Assembly: GCF_006345805.1 (NCBI RefSeq)
Contig: NC_043013.1
Coordinates: forward strand, 56,854,001 to 56,918,000
Direction of reading: 5' to 3'
Source of the DNA: Octopus sinensis
Lineage: Eukaryota
Length of the DNA: 64,000 bases
The translations under genes were made by a program, and so were the position numbers. Numbering within the stretch: position 1 is the stretch's first letter; every line of letters starts with the position of its first letter. The notes under the pieces are model-generated. The model saw only the letters and a program-made list of their open reading frames with translations, made no database searches and was not told where the DNA came from. Of this stretch, positions 38,545 through 52,435 are shown in pieces.

Positions 38545-40946
38545 TTAGATGGACAGTTAGATGGACTGCTATGGGCAATGTAGTGGTGAGAGAAGTTTAG
38601 CATTGAGACAGAGAAAGCAAAAATGTATGGAATTAATGTTATAGAATTGCGTGTGTAATAACATGGTAACTGGAATCATTAGTAGTTTATGCAAAGAAAG
38701 TATCGTCATGCTGTGTCTGCAAGTGAATTCTTCAACTGCACTGAGAAGGAGTCATTATAATTGAGACACTGCAGATAGAATCAATCAATACCAAATTCTT
38801 TAACACCAATAATGGCTACTGCAGGCAAATATCACATTTCTACAGTATTTATCAACATATATTAAATGTCTGAACACTTTCAGTAATTTACAGCAGTAAT
38901 TCATGCATGACATGTGTACACATGCGATTTATATGCTTATTTCCCTCTCATAAATATTGTATCTACATAGTCATTACTGTATGTCCAGCAGCCATTTTAG
39001 ATTCTTGCATTTTACTGCAGAAAATTGAAGACGAAAGATTCTCCACGTTAAATAGCATTGGAGTCCGTGTGCCTGTGTAATAAATCAATAGTAAATATTA
39101 TAGAGTTATATTTCATCACAACACCAGCCATATAAGGGAGAGACTTTCTACATTAAATAGCGGCTGTTCATTATAGCTGCAATTATCAGGGCTGATAGTA
39201 TCCTTTAATTTATAATAGTACAGAAATAAATTTCACTCGGCGCAAGACCAAAATATCGAATCTGTAATTTTGGCAATTGGCATTATACTTAGATCATTGT
39301 ACAAGAAATATTTGTGTTAATAACATCAAAATTAAGTGACCGATTCCCCTGAAAGATGACCTCTGGCACTTGACCAATGTATACTGGCAAATATCTTTAA
39401 AATATAAAAAGTATCACAATTACAGCAAAACATTTCTCAATGTTTGGCTTGTCGTATCTATGCAAGGTGTTTGCTGTTATTACTGGAATATATCACTCGT
39501 TAACCTCAAGGTAGATATTACATTATTAATAAGGTAATCATCTGTTTCTATTCTAAGCTTTCTCCTCTTAGCTATTGCTATTAATCCAGATGATCCACAG
39601 AATTAACAATATTCACAAAATCTATGGTAATTTACCAACTTTTCAAACTTACTTGGGCAAAACTTCAGCACGATAAGCCAAAGAAAATTAAAAATTGAAC
39701 TTTGGCCATACAGACCAGACTCACCCCACCCCACCCCACCCAACAAACGATTTTTAATTTCATGATGAGGCTGCTTAATTTCAATTAAAATTAGAATATT
39801 TATATAAAGGCATCATTATGTTCAAGTGAAGCAAGAACAACTATAAAAAATCAATTGATATCATTAGAAATATTAACATAATCGAGACTACGAAACCAAA
39901 CTACAGCTGTCTAGTGTGTCAGTCCGTCACTGCTATTGTTGCTCTGTGACTGTAACAAAAGTTAGATTTAATTATAAATCGCTTACTTCATTAATATGTA
40001 AATAGGCAGCAGATGGAGGCAGAGTTATTTGCTCTAGGTTTACAGTAAAGTGTTTGGTTGGTAAGGCAACAAGAGATAAAGTTATTGCTTTCAAATTTTG
40101 GCACAAGGCCAGTAATTTGAGGGGAGGGGCAAGTCAGTTACATCGACCCTAGTTTTTAGCTGGTACTTATTTTATTGACCCTGAAATGATGGAAGGTAAA
40201 GCTGCATTTGGTGGAATTTTGAAGTCAGAATGAAGAACCGGAAAAAATGTCCCATGAATCCTTTAGTCTGACAGGCTGCTACCGTAAAAAAGTTTGTGAT
40301 ATTGGTTTCAAACTTTGGCACAAGGGGCAAGGGAATTGCATCAACCCTACTGCCCAACTGGTACTTATTTTTTCAACCCAAAAATCAAAAGGTAATGTCA
40401 GCCTTGGTGGAATTTGAACTCAGAACTCAGAACAAGCAAAATGCTGCTAAGCATTTTGTACAGTGTGCTATAAGAGTTCTAGGTATTAACGAGAGTTTTG
40501 TGAAATGGCAAGTGCTGGCAAATCACTACCTGCCAGTAGTGATTTCCTTTCACTCTGGTTTATTCGGTCTTTTTTTTTTGTTTTTATATAACACAAGCAT
40601 CTGTGACCAAAGCGTGTGACTGCTCTTGATTCGAGTCACAGCGGATGTCATCACTGTCACTAATGATGATGATGATGAATGGTGATTAATGGTGACTAAT
40701 GATAATTAAAAGAAAGTACAAAAGTAAATAAAGAAAAAGATGCAATAAACAAATTAAACAAAATGATTGATTAAAAAAATTTATTGACGAGAAATGACAT
40801 AAAACTGCTACTGCTCTCCTCCTCTTCTTCCACTTCCCCCTCTTCCCCTTCTTTCTGCTGCTGCTGCTACTACTACTACGACTACTACTACTACTTATAA
40901 TAATAATAATAATGATGATGATGATGATGATGATGATGATAATAAT

Positions 40947-41390
40947 CACATATATTGTTGCAGAATGTCTCAAGTTGGCTCCAGAAGAATGTAAGAAATG
41001 GAGGCATGACCAAAGAGTGAAAGTCTTAAACAGGAAGCTTTGCCAGAAATGGGGATTTGAAGCTGGCGCCACATGATATGAAGATTGGCTCGAAAGAGTT
41101 CTGGAGTTGGAGAATTGTAAAATTCTGTAGGAATTCAAACATCCAAGAAAGTAGAAAATAATAAAACCAGAAATAACAATAAGAGACAAAGAATAGCAAA
41201 GATGTCTACTAATTGATCCATCACATCCATTTGATTGCAGCATCATAAAGACAGAATATGCTTACCAATCATATGGCTCTGAGTTCAGTCCCACTGTGTG
41301 GCACCTTGGGCAAGTTTCTTCTACTAGAGCTTCGGGCCAACCAAAGCCTTGTGAATGGATTTTATAGACAGAAACTAAAAGAAGCCTGTC

Positions 41391-41431
<41 letters not shown>

Positions 41432-42007
41432 TGTGTGTGTGTGTGGTGTGTGTGTGTGTGTGTGTGTTTGAGTGTGTGTCTGAGTGTTTGTGTGTCTGTG
41501 TTTGTTTGCCCAACATCGCTTGGCAACTGATGCTGGTGTGTTTATATCCCCATGGTTCAGCAAAAGAGGTCAATAGAATAAGTACTAGGCTTACAAAGAA
41601 TAAGTCCTGGGGTTGATTTGCTAGACTAAAGGCAGTGCTCCAGCATGGCTGCAGTCAAATGACTGAAACAAGTAAAAGAATAAAAGAAACACGAATAAAA
41701 GAATCACTTAGAATTTGAAATTGCACGAATTTGGAAAATGAAAATTATAAAAGTTTTGTCGTTAATAATTGGTGCTTTGAAAACTGTAGGCAAAAATATT
41801 CTGCCGACAAATGGTTGAAGGAGATTGGAATAGAAAGTCTTGTAGATCTTCTACAGAAAGTCTGCCTGTTACGGACAGGAAAGATTATCAGGACGATTCT
41901 AAGCACTTGAAAGACTGCTGAAAGCAGTGGATACCTAAGGTTACAGGTGGTAACCCACAACCCACATAAATTCTACCAGAAATAAACACAAACCTGAGTC
42001 AAATCTG
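40947..42007 (+). mobile_element. Degenerate R4/Dong-like 3' fragment (RLE domain) interrupted by a SINE at 41255-41700
   Basis: HIVAECLKLA..KWRHDQ..CKIL..KPEI..LLIDPS..HLEFEIARIW..IIGAL..LQKVCLL.TGKIIR; starts after a (TAA/TGA)n run. Confidence 0.75.
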
Positions 42008-42229
42008 ATAATAATAGCAAAATCCCAATGAAGCTTTTAAACTTCTCAAAGCATTTCGGGAATACTTTACAAGATTGGTGCCATATGAACATCAATCTTG
42101 GAAGGGACTGCTCGGATTTTAAGGAGAGCATCATCAACCTGAGGCCCTTGTCATGTTTTGACAGATGACTAAATACTCTGGTACATTTCCATTGACACTG
42201 TGCGACAATCTACTACTACTACTACTACA

Positions 42230-42286
<57 letters not shown>

Positions 42287-42288
<2 letters not shown>

Positions 42289-42800
42289 AAGAGCAAAGAT
42301 GTGGTATCAGCAAACCCCAGAAGGTGTCACCGAAAATGAGAATTGCAAAATCCTGTGGGATGTAATGATCCAGTGTGATCACCTGACTAAACATCGGAAA
42401 CCGGACATTGTTGTGGTTAATAAAAGAGAGAGAACATGCATGATAATCAACAGAGCATGTTCTGGTGACAACAGGATCAAAGAGAAAGAAGAAGAAAAAA
42501 TAAACCACTATGATGATTTGAAGTGGGAAATACGAAGACTGGTGGTCAATGAAGAGAGTAGACATGATAGCAATAGTAAATGGTGCACTTGGAAGTATCA
42601 GCACTCAACTACCAACATGGCTGCAAAAGATTGGTGCAAGTGTGAAGGTAGAACACCTACAAAAATCAGCATTGCTTGGAACTGCAAGAATTATTTGCAG
42701 GGTTCTTGAAGCATATCCAGTAAACAAGTGTAAACAAGTACATATACCCCAGACAGCTGACACTTTCCATCATACCCAGCAGGATAAGCTGTGAGTTTGT
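42287..42800 (+). mobile_element. R4/Dong-like 3' fragment flanked by (TAA)n
   Basis: WYQQTPEGVTENENCKILWD..RKPDIVVV..KINHYDDLKWEI..GALG..LQKSALLGTARI. Confidence 0.85.
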
Positions 42801-42805
42801 ATATA

Positions 42806-42867
<62 letters not shown>

Positions 42868-43720
42868 AATGATCCTTTCTATTAAAGGCACAAGGCCTGA
42901 CATTTTGGGCAGGGGCCTAGTCGATCACATTGCTTTCAGCAGGCTGGCTTTTGTTGTCTTTTCTTTCTCTGTTCATTTCATCTTGTGTTTGGGGCTGTTC
43001 TTCTACTCCTTATTTTACCTTTTAACTATCTCTCCTCTTCTCCCTCTTTCAGTCTGCTTCATCTCTCCCTGCAACCTTTTGTATTTGCAAGCACTACTAA
43101 CTGACTCACATTTGCTAATCTTCTCTTGTAAAGACGAGTCAGACTTACAGTAATAACTTCATCAGGCTGGTCACCAGCAGCATACTTGTGGTTTTATGCA
43201 TGTATCACCTGCAAATTATGATTATTACATAAATCTTGGCTTCATGAAACAGCTGTTGATATAATTTCTTTATATATGTTTTCTTTTATTCTGTATTTTT
43301 GTGCTCCATGTAAATACACCCACCCACCCATACATACATATATATATATATATATACACATGCACACACATCTATTCATATACATATACATGGAGTGGTT
43401 GGCATTAGGAAGGGCATCCAGCAGTAGAAACTATGCCAGATCAGACTGGAGCCTGGTGCAGCCTCCTGGCTTCCCAGACCCCGGTCGAACCGTCCAGCCC
43501 ATGCTAGCTTGGAAAACAGACGTTAAACGATGATGATGATGATGTGTGTTTATATATATATTTATGTACATATATAAACACACACAGGCACACACACAGG
43601 CACACACACATGCACATATATACAAACACTCACATATATATATATATATTGGCAAAAACGGTAAGATAACAAAAGAAAGAAAGAGACCTCAATATTATGT
43701 AAATAGAGGAAATTTAACTT

Positions 43721-43921
43721 TAAAATAATATGTTACAATTATTCAATAGTCAAGAAAAAACTCTGAGTTTCGGATGCCGAAGTGGAAATCCACAACACCA
43801 TCTCTTCAGTTATCTCTGAGATTGCCAGATAACCGAAGAGATGGTGTTGTGGATTTCCACCTCGGCATCCGAAACTCAGAGTTTTTTCTTGACTATTGAA
43901 TAATTGTAACATATTATTTTA
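43721..43921. repeat. 95-bp-arm near-perfect inverted repeat with 11-nt loop; each arm holds a hammerhead-like motif
   Basis: Arms 43721-43815 and 43827-43921 with two mismatches; minus-strand left arm AGAUAA CUGAAGA GAUG..CAUC C GAAAC-UCAGA-GUU UUUUCU. Confidence 0.9.
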
Positions 43922-43941
43922 CATATTATTTTCTAGCAAAA

Positions 43942-43981
43942 GCCGTCCGACGAACGTCAACGGGAAACTCAGAGTAACGGG
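43942..43981 (+). ncRNA. Third hammerhead-like motif (CCGACGA core variant)
   Basis: CCGU CCGACGA ACGUCAACGG GAAAC-UCAGA-GUA ACGG: stem I CCGU/ACGG and the same stem III loop as the hairpin motifs. Confidence 0.55.
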
Positions 43982-44094
43982 TTTTGTTGAATTTTCTGCT
44001 GCTTTAAATAAAGTATATATATATATATATATATATATATACGTGGTGTGTGTGTGTGTATGTGTGGCTGTGTGTATATATATGTGTGTGTATA

Positions 44095-44133
<39 letters not shown>

Positions 44134-45281
44134 GTGGTGTGTGTGTGTGTATGTGTGGCTGTGTGTATATATATGTGTGTGTGTATATATATGTATATAT
44201 ATATATATATATATACATGCATACAAACACACACATATATATGGCTGGATTGCTGGCCGGATAGATAGATAGATGAATGCACCTGTGTTCCATGTTCTGT
44301 TAAGTGCTCAATGCATTGTGTGATGATAAGTTATATAATTCATCAATTGACTGAACAATATGCAAATCATGTCTACCTGGGTGAAGGAATTCTGTGAGAT
44401 CACGAGATGCAGAACACATGCAACTGACTGCATGCAACTGTTTATTGCATGTTGTCTTGATGATTTAAATTCCTTTGCAAAGTCAAATAGATTTATCTTC
44501 TGATGACAGCCTGTAGTGTAGAAATCGTTAACATAATGCAGAATGATAAATTCCTTGACTAATGCACATACACACACAGAGGCCTACAAACACACACACA
44601 CACATACTTACATTGGAGGATATAGTCTTGGATATAAAATATAAAGAAAATAGTTCTGGAAAGATCACTTTTGCTCACACTTCTCGTTCATCAGGAATGA
44701 CCAATCTTAAATAACAATATTATCTGTTACTCACTAAAGAGTATCAAAGCAAAATCTATAGATCAAAGTTGATTGATTTTCTATACCTATTTAGACTGAA
44801 GTTTCCATTTCTATAATTTTTATTTTCCAAAATTTCAGTCATTTGAATTTATTGCAGTTAAATCCCTTGTTTGACATTAAAAAGAAAAAAATTATATGGG
44901 TATAGAAAGAAATTTTACCTACCAATGACATGGATACTCTAGGCTAATAATAGTAACTAGTGGAACCCGTGAATATTTCAAGGAATTAATGGTAAATTTA
45001 TTGGGATATTTCTGAAATAACCTGGAAGCATAGGCTTGTGTTGTGTCTGTATCAAAAGACAGGCGCTCATCTGCTATTCACTGAAGAGTGACAGAATACG
45101 AGGATTATTTAATGCACTTTGTATATACACTTTATGCACAATTTTATACACTTAATACACTTTACACCCCCTGTTTCTCTCTCATTCTTCCCCTTACCCT
45201 CTATTTCTCTCTCCTTTTTCTTTTGTTCTTCGATTTTCCCCTCAACTAATCACATGAAAGCATGTATGTATGTATGCATGC

Positions 45282-45313
<32 letters not shown>

Positions 45314-45627
45314 GACAAACTCTGGTTACTTACTGTTAACTAAGTTTTCTCACAAGGCGTTGTTCAGGGCCAGAACTGTAGTTGAAGACTGTTGCCAAAG
45401 CTGTCCCACAGAGAGCCTGAACCCAAACCACCATAGTTATGAAATAAACCCCTTAACCACACAACCATTCTTGCACCTTTATCTTGTATTTCTGTTTGTT
45501 TTTCCCTCAAATGTTTTTTACTGCCATATTTTTTAGGTTGTTTTTTATATTTTGCCTAAAATAATATTTTCCCACCTTACTGACCTGCACTAAACTCTTA
45601 TCTCTTCTTCACTTGTGCTTTATTCAC

Positions 45628-45702
<75 letters not shown>

Positions 45703-46227
45703 TGCTGTTATTCATTTTTTGGGGGAGTATATTGTTATTTAAGCAGGCAAGAAAATAGATTATCCAGCTGCCAAATAAACCAAATTTTTTTGGCTGTTAT
45801 TTTGCTGTAATGATAATGTTGTTATTGTTGCAGTTGTTGTTGTGGATGATGATGCTGATGATAAAAGCACTGGTGGTTGTAGACGGGGTAGTTATGGTGG
45901 GGGTGCTGGTGGTGAGGGGAAGTGGGAGAGTTTGGCAGTGGTTGAAGTAGTTGAGGTGATATTACTGTTGTTGTTTTTATTTAATCCCTTCATCAGCCCT
46001 CACTGACCAGACCTATCATCACAAACATTCCAAATATGACCATTCCACTTAATATTCAGACAATGTGCTTAAGACAATTTAATCTGTATCCTGCCGCCCC
46101 CCCCCCGCCATTTTTTCTATTTTTTTACAAATGGCTGAAGGATGTGACTTGTGGAAGATTTAGCTGCTATTTCTAACAGGTTAACAGTTATGAAATTCCC
46201 CTGTCATTGGTTACTCAACTACATCAA

Positions 46228-46298
<71 letters not shown>

Positions 46299-47635
46299 AT
46301 AGTAGTGGTAGTAGTAGTAGTAGTAGTGGTAGCAGGAGCAGCAGCAGTAGTTTAACTCTGCAGAAGACTTCACTGAAAAGAGCTATTAGCATTCCATTAA
46401 AGACCAACCCTTCATATTTTATCTGACATGGTTTATCTAAGACAACATTATTCGGAGTTCTTCCTTTTTTTAAAGTGGTACAGAGAAATTTGAAGGATAT
46501 TTAGCTGCTAGTTCTAGCAAGTGGACTAAGAACATGAAGACTTCTCCATGGTAACTATTGCTGTTGTTGTTTCATTCTAAGTCTACCTTAATCCTCCAAA
46601 CCTGTGATTAAAAAGATTCCTCTCATGACCATCCCAACATTTTAAGGGGATTGTAGAACTAGTAAGCAATTTAGCATTTCAACTAGACACATCCAGTGCA
46701 AATATTCTGCCTGTTTTAGGTTCAAACTGACCCGATCTGACCCCTCTCACCTACCTCACAATGTCATTTGAATAATTAACAATCATTTCATCAAGTCTTG
46801 AAGCTAAAAGACAAAACTTGATTTATTCAAAGCAATTTGAATAAAAAAATATTAGACTTGACAGAACAATCTGAATGTTAATGGTTAAAGCATGTGATAT
46901 GTTGGAGGAGGGCCCACGACCTCACTACACAGACTAACAATGTAGAAAAGGCTGTGTTGTTGTGGTTCCAGAGTAGAGAGGGTTGTCACAGTTTTCAGAT
47001 GAAGGGAAGGAATTTGAAGAAATTAGAAAGAGATACGTTGGAATACAGCCGACATTCAACAGACTAAGGGAGGTGGGAAGTGGAGGAGAGAGAAACGGGT
47101 CTGCAACACTTAATAATATTGGCCCTTGTTCTATTTTAATCGACTTTGAAAAAATACAAGCAGGAACCTCGATGCTGTCCTGTAACTTACTAGAAATAGC
47201 AACCAAATAATCCTCATATTTCATGCTACCAGCTTACAAACATACAAGATAGAAAGACATGTTAGGCACTATAGTCCAGGGTTTACTCAGCCAAGAATAA
47301 AATAATGTGGATGGTCATAGCTGGAGTGTCTTTCAACACAGTTTTATTCGATCAGGGCTGATTACAGGTTAAAGGCCAACAACATATACAGCGTTTTGTG
47401 TCAAGAAAACGTTGCAGAATTTAGTTGTAGAAGAATTATTTTCCAAACACGACTCCTTTTAATGTGTTCTAGCTGTAATGGTGTTATTCCACACAACAAG
47501 CAACAGCACAATGGCCCCTCTGACTTTTTATGCCTCTCAACACATTGATGCTTGCCAGCCAATATATATACATACATATAGATACATACATACAAACATA
47601 CATATATTTATATATATGTGAGTGTATATATATAT

Positions 47636-47689
<54 letters not shown>

Positions 47690-48174
47690 TATATATATAT
47701 ATATATAAAATATATATATGTATGTGTATATATACATATTTTGAAAGATACATATTGATATATTATTTGATAGGTAGTTTTTATATATCTATCTATCTGT
47801 CTCTCTCTCTCTCTATATATATATATATACATCTGATATACACACATACACACACACACACACACGTGTGCATGTGTGTGTATGCTTCTCTGTTCGCTCC
47901 CATAGAAGTGGTTGCAATGCTTGATACTTGAATGGTATTCACAGAACTGCTCAAAACCAACAATGGTTACATACTTCAAACAATCACAACCCCTTCGATG
48001 TCTCTGACTTAAAAACCTGCCCAAAACCCAAACTCTTAAATCCACAATCTATTAGAAACACAACACTTTCTATTTAACTCACATTTCTTCTTTCTCTTTT
48101 ACATTTATTTCTATTTTATTCTTGTAATATTATTATTATTGTTGTTGTTATTGTTGTTATTATTATTATTATCA

Positions 48175-48272
<98 letters not shown>

Positions 48273-49152
48273 TTCATTAATGCTGTTGTTGTTGTTGTTG
48301 GTTTGTCCAGTCTGTCTGCTGCCAAGTTATACTCATCCAGGTTTAGACAATGGTGTTAGTACACAAGGAACCTAATTACAGCAAGTTCTATTCTGCTAAT
48401 ATATTTGATTTAAATATTTCTCCCTCTCTCGTCACAATTTTCATCACCCTCTCTCTCTTTCTCTCTCGCCCACTTTTTTCTCATTTTCTTCTTTTTTTTT
48501 AGGTAATTAGAATGTATTATTCAACTATTTTATAGAATACAGAGTTCTGATAATTCACTAAGCTTTCAGAAAGATAGGTTTTCTTTTTCCTTTTTTTTAT
48601 ATTTATTTTATTTCATATAGAACCATTCCTTGTGTGAAATGGAAAGAAAAAAAGTTAATAAATAAATAAGTAAAAGAGTCCCTCATTTTTCAGGAGTTTA
48701 CTCACATTGTTATTCATACTTAAGTAATATCATTAAGAATAGAAAACTTGCTTCTAATGTACTGGATGATGTATAAAGCTATACACACAGACATTCACAG
48801 AGAAAGACATATACATACACATACAGACAGACACATGCACTCACATACATACATGCATACATATATATATATATATGCATATATATATATGCATGTGTAT
48901 GTAGTCAGAAATACAAATACACACTCAGATGTGTAGACATACATAGGAACATATAGAAACAGTGCCATATATGCACACGATGTCACATATAAATGCATAA
49001 GCATACATATTTGTCTAAGTCTATTTATGTAAGATTTTTTTAAAGTTTGTGATGTTGTTTTTCTTTTTGGTTAGGTACTGTATCTATGTCTTTTCCCTCT
49101 CTCTCTTTTCTCTCTGTCTCTTTCTCCCCTTTTAGTTTATGTGTGTGTGTGC

Positions 49153-49189
<37 letters not shown>

Positions 49190-49251
49190 TGTATATATAT
49201 GTATATATATGTATGTATATGTATATGTATATATATATATATATTATATAT

Positions 49252-49321
<70 letters not shown>

Positions 49322-49462
49322 GTATGTATGTATATATATATCTATATATATCTACATATATATATATGTACACACACACATATATATATATACATATATA
49401 TATATATACATATATATATATGTGTGTATACATATTCATGTGAGTGTATATAAGTATATTTA

Positions 49463-49508
<46 letters not shown>

Positions 49509-50064
49509 CATATGTATATACATATATATATATATATAATATATATATAATATATGTATATACATATGTATATACATATGCACATATATAAAAAATCATT
49601 TATGCCACACAGATAGATAGATAGAGAGATGATAGATAGATAGATAAATAGATAGATAGATATGTCCATACATACATGCGTATCTGAATCGAGCATGGTA
49701 TAGGTTCCTAAGTCAGTGCTATTAAGTGCTTGTATTTGTTTTGTTATTCAAAGATGGCATAGCTCCATTGGACCAAATAGTTCTTTAGAAATGGAACCAC
49801 ATCAATGATACATACAACCAAACTAAGACCAGCCTTTCATCAGGCTACTAACTCACACAAAAGCACTTCACTATAAAGTCCTCAGGCTCCTTGCAACATA
49901 CGTTTCTTTTCTTTTGTACCCCCACTAAGATATGTATTTATATATGTATACATACATTCATACGTACGCACACACATACACATATACATACATAGATAGG
50001 CATACATAGGTACATATATATATATATATCTATATACATGCATACATACATAGGCACACATACA

Positions 50065-50108
<44 letters not shown>

Positions 50109-50215
50109 TTTTTACATACATATATATATATATATATATGTGTATGTGTGTGTATATATATGTGTGTGTTTATATATATATATATATTGAAATATATAGA
50201 TATTTATGTACATGC

Positions 50216-50246
<31 letters not shown>

Positions 50247-50282
50247 CGTATATGAACCAGCACACACATACATACACACACA

Positions 50283-50345
<63 letters not shown>

Positions 50346-50837
50346 TCACATATATACATGTGTGTGTGTCTGCCAATGCTGCAAAGACCTTTTATGGGGA
50401 TACTTGATGTGTGAGGTTCCTCTTTGATTGGCTCCTAGGTGGCTCCACCATATTGGAACCCCGCTTATATTGTTTTGCTGTTGTTTGCTGATGTCTGATT
50501 TCCCCATAATCAATTCTACAAAGCATGCAACAAAATTTGTTTAAAAACTCATTTGTCCTCGGAAAGTCTTCTAATCTGTTGACCTCACAGCAAATAACAA
50601 AAATCATTCACCTCGATCACTACCGCCACACACATACACATATACACACACACACATACACACACATATTTATATATTTGTATGCATAGCTGTGTGCTAA
50701 GAAGTTTGCTTTTCAACCACATAGTTCCATGTTCAGTCCCACTGCATGGCACCTTGGGCAAGTATTTTCTATTATAGCCTTGAGCTAACCAAAGCCTTGT
50801 GAGTGGATTTGGTAGATGGAAAATGAAAGAAGCCCAT

Positions 50838-50911
<74 letters not shown>

Positions 50912-51089
50912 ATTCCATTCTTTCAGATTTTATTTACTAAATCCATTCATGAACCTTTGCTCGGCCCAGCACTATTCTAGAAGACATTTCCACACATTTG
51001 GGATTGAACTCATGACCACATGTTTGAAAAATAAAATTCTTAACCATACAGCCATCATCATCTTTATTATTATTATTAGTAGTATTATT

Positions 51090-51644
51090 GAGTGAGAGAG
51101 CAGTGCATGCCAACAAAGTGACACTGGAGTAAAATATACGAAACCCAGTATACTCATCATGACTACCCGTCTGATAAGGGTACACTAGGCACATGCATCA
51201 CAACTATATGTGTGTGACATGGAGATCTTATATCAAGATAAACAGCACATGACCTTGCAGGTGGGGGCCAGTTAGAATTATCTTGAGGTCGAGTAGCCCA
51301 TCCCACTCAAAAGGTCCCTGAATAAGGGTTGTTTGAGGATGTTGAATGAAACACCCATGTCTCCAAAGGCGAATTATCCAAACCCTAAAGAATCCCTCTC
51401 AACACATGGCTATGATGTTTCCCCCACTACTTCTGCTCGTGATCAGAGATGCACATATCGTCAGCCACTAAGGGACATGCTCAACTGGTTAAGGTCAAAC
51501 AACTGACAAGCAAATCTGTGGTATTGAGCAGAATATTTGCTGTAGCCCATCTTTTATACCAAGACAAAACAATGTACATGATAACACTTCCAATCAGTTA
51601 AGATCAGAAGCCACGAGAGCCACTGCCTGCTACTGCATCATGGT
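51090..51644. mobile_element. Unclassified ~555-bp non-coding element embedded in (TAA)n
   Basis: Complex sequence with (ATT)n on both sides and no ORF or TIR recognised. Confidence 0.5.
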
Positions 51645-51655
51645 ATTTATTATTA

Positions 51656-51686
<31 letters not shown>

Positions 51687-51720
51687 CATCGTCATCATCA
51701 AGGTGGTGAGCTGGCAGAAT

Positions 51721-52435
51721 CACAGAGTTTCCACTATAGCACTTTTGCTACCTGGTCGTGTTGCCACAACTTGGAGTGGTTTGGGGCAAGTCTAGGCATT
51801 CCTTCATGATATGGGCAATGCTTCTATCCACTCTATTGTAGATGCAGCACTGTGGGGACACCTGCTCATTCTTCAGTTTGACCCTCCAATTCATGGCTAG
51901 AGCATGGTTTTGTGCTGCCAGTATAGTGTTCTCTGTCTCATTTTTTAGGGTTCCTTTCATGAGCCAATCCCACATATTTTTCCAGCGACTTATGTTGTGG
52001 CTAGATGGAATTGGCTGTGTAGTCCCTTCTTGTGTAATTCTTCGTCATGTCTTTTTTTGTACTTCTTCCTTTGTTTCCTCTTTTTTTCCTGCTCTCAATA
52101 CTCCCTCGTTCCTAACTGTCGCTAGCAAGGTTTCTTTACTTTGGTCTAGGTATCTCAATAGGCTCTCAAGTTTGAGAGTCTTCCACACTTATCAGTCCCC
52201 CCCACCTTCCTCCAGTTGCTCTCGTCATGTATAGGTGATCAGTGTCTGCACATGGATGATGGCCTCCATGCATCATTAGGCACTTCTTTGACTTCCTGTC
52301 CATCTCCTTTAGCACCTCCACTGTCCACTTCAAGATTCTAGCATCATACCGAGCTGCTGCAAGTTTACTGCCGAAATCATCTCTCTGGCATTCAGCTTTG
52401 AAGCCAATATTTTCCTCACCCACTGCAGGCTGCTT
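51721..52435 (-). pseudogene. Degenerate R4/Dong-like RT-to-zinc-finger fragment
   Basis: HPCADTDHLYMTRATGGR.GLISVED; WDWLMKGTLKNETENTILAAQ..C..NR.D.SIAHIMKEC. Confidence 0.75.

Noticed and set aside
46935-47220. VEKAVLLWFQ resembles a Tigger/CENP-B helix
   Set aside because: Too short and degenerate to support a call.
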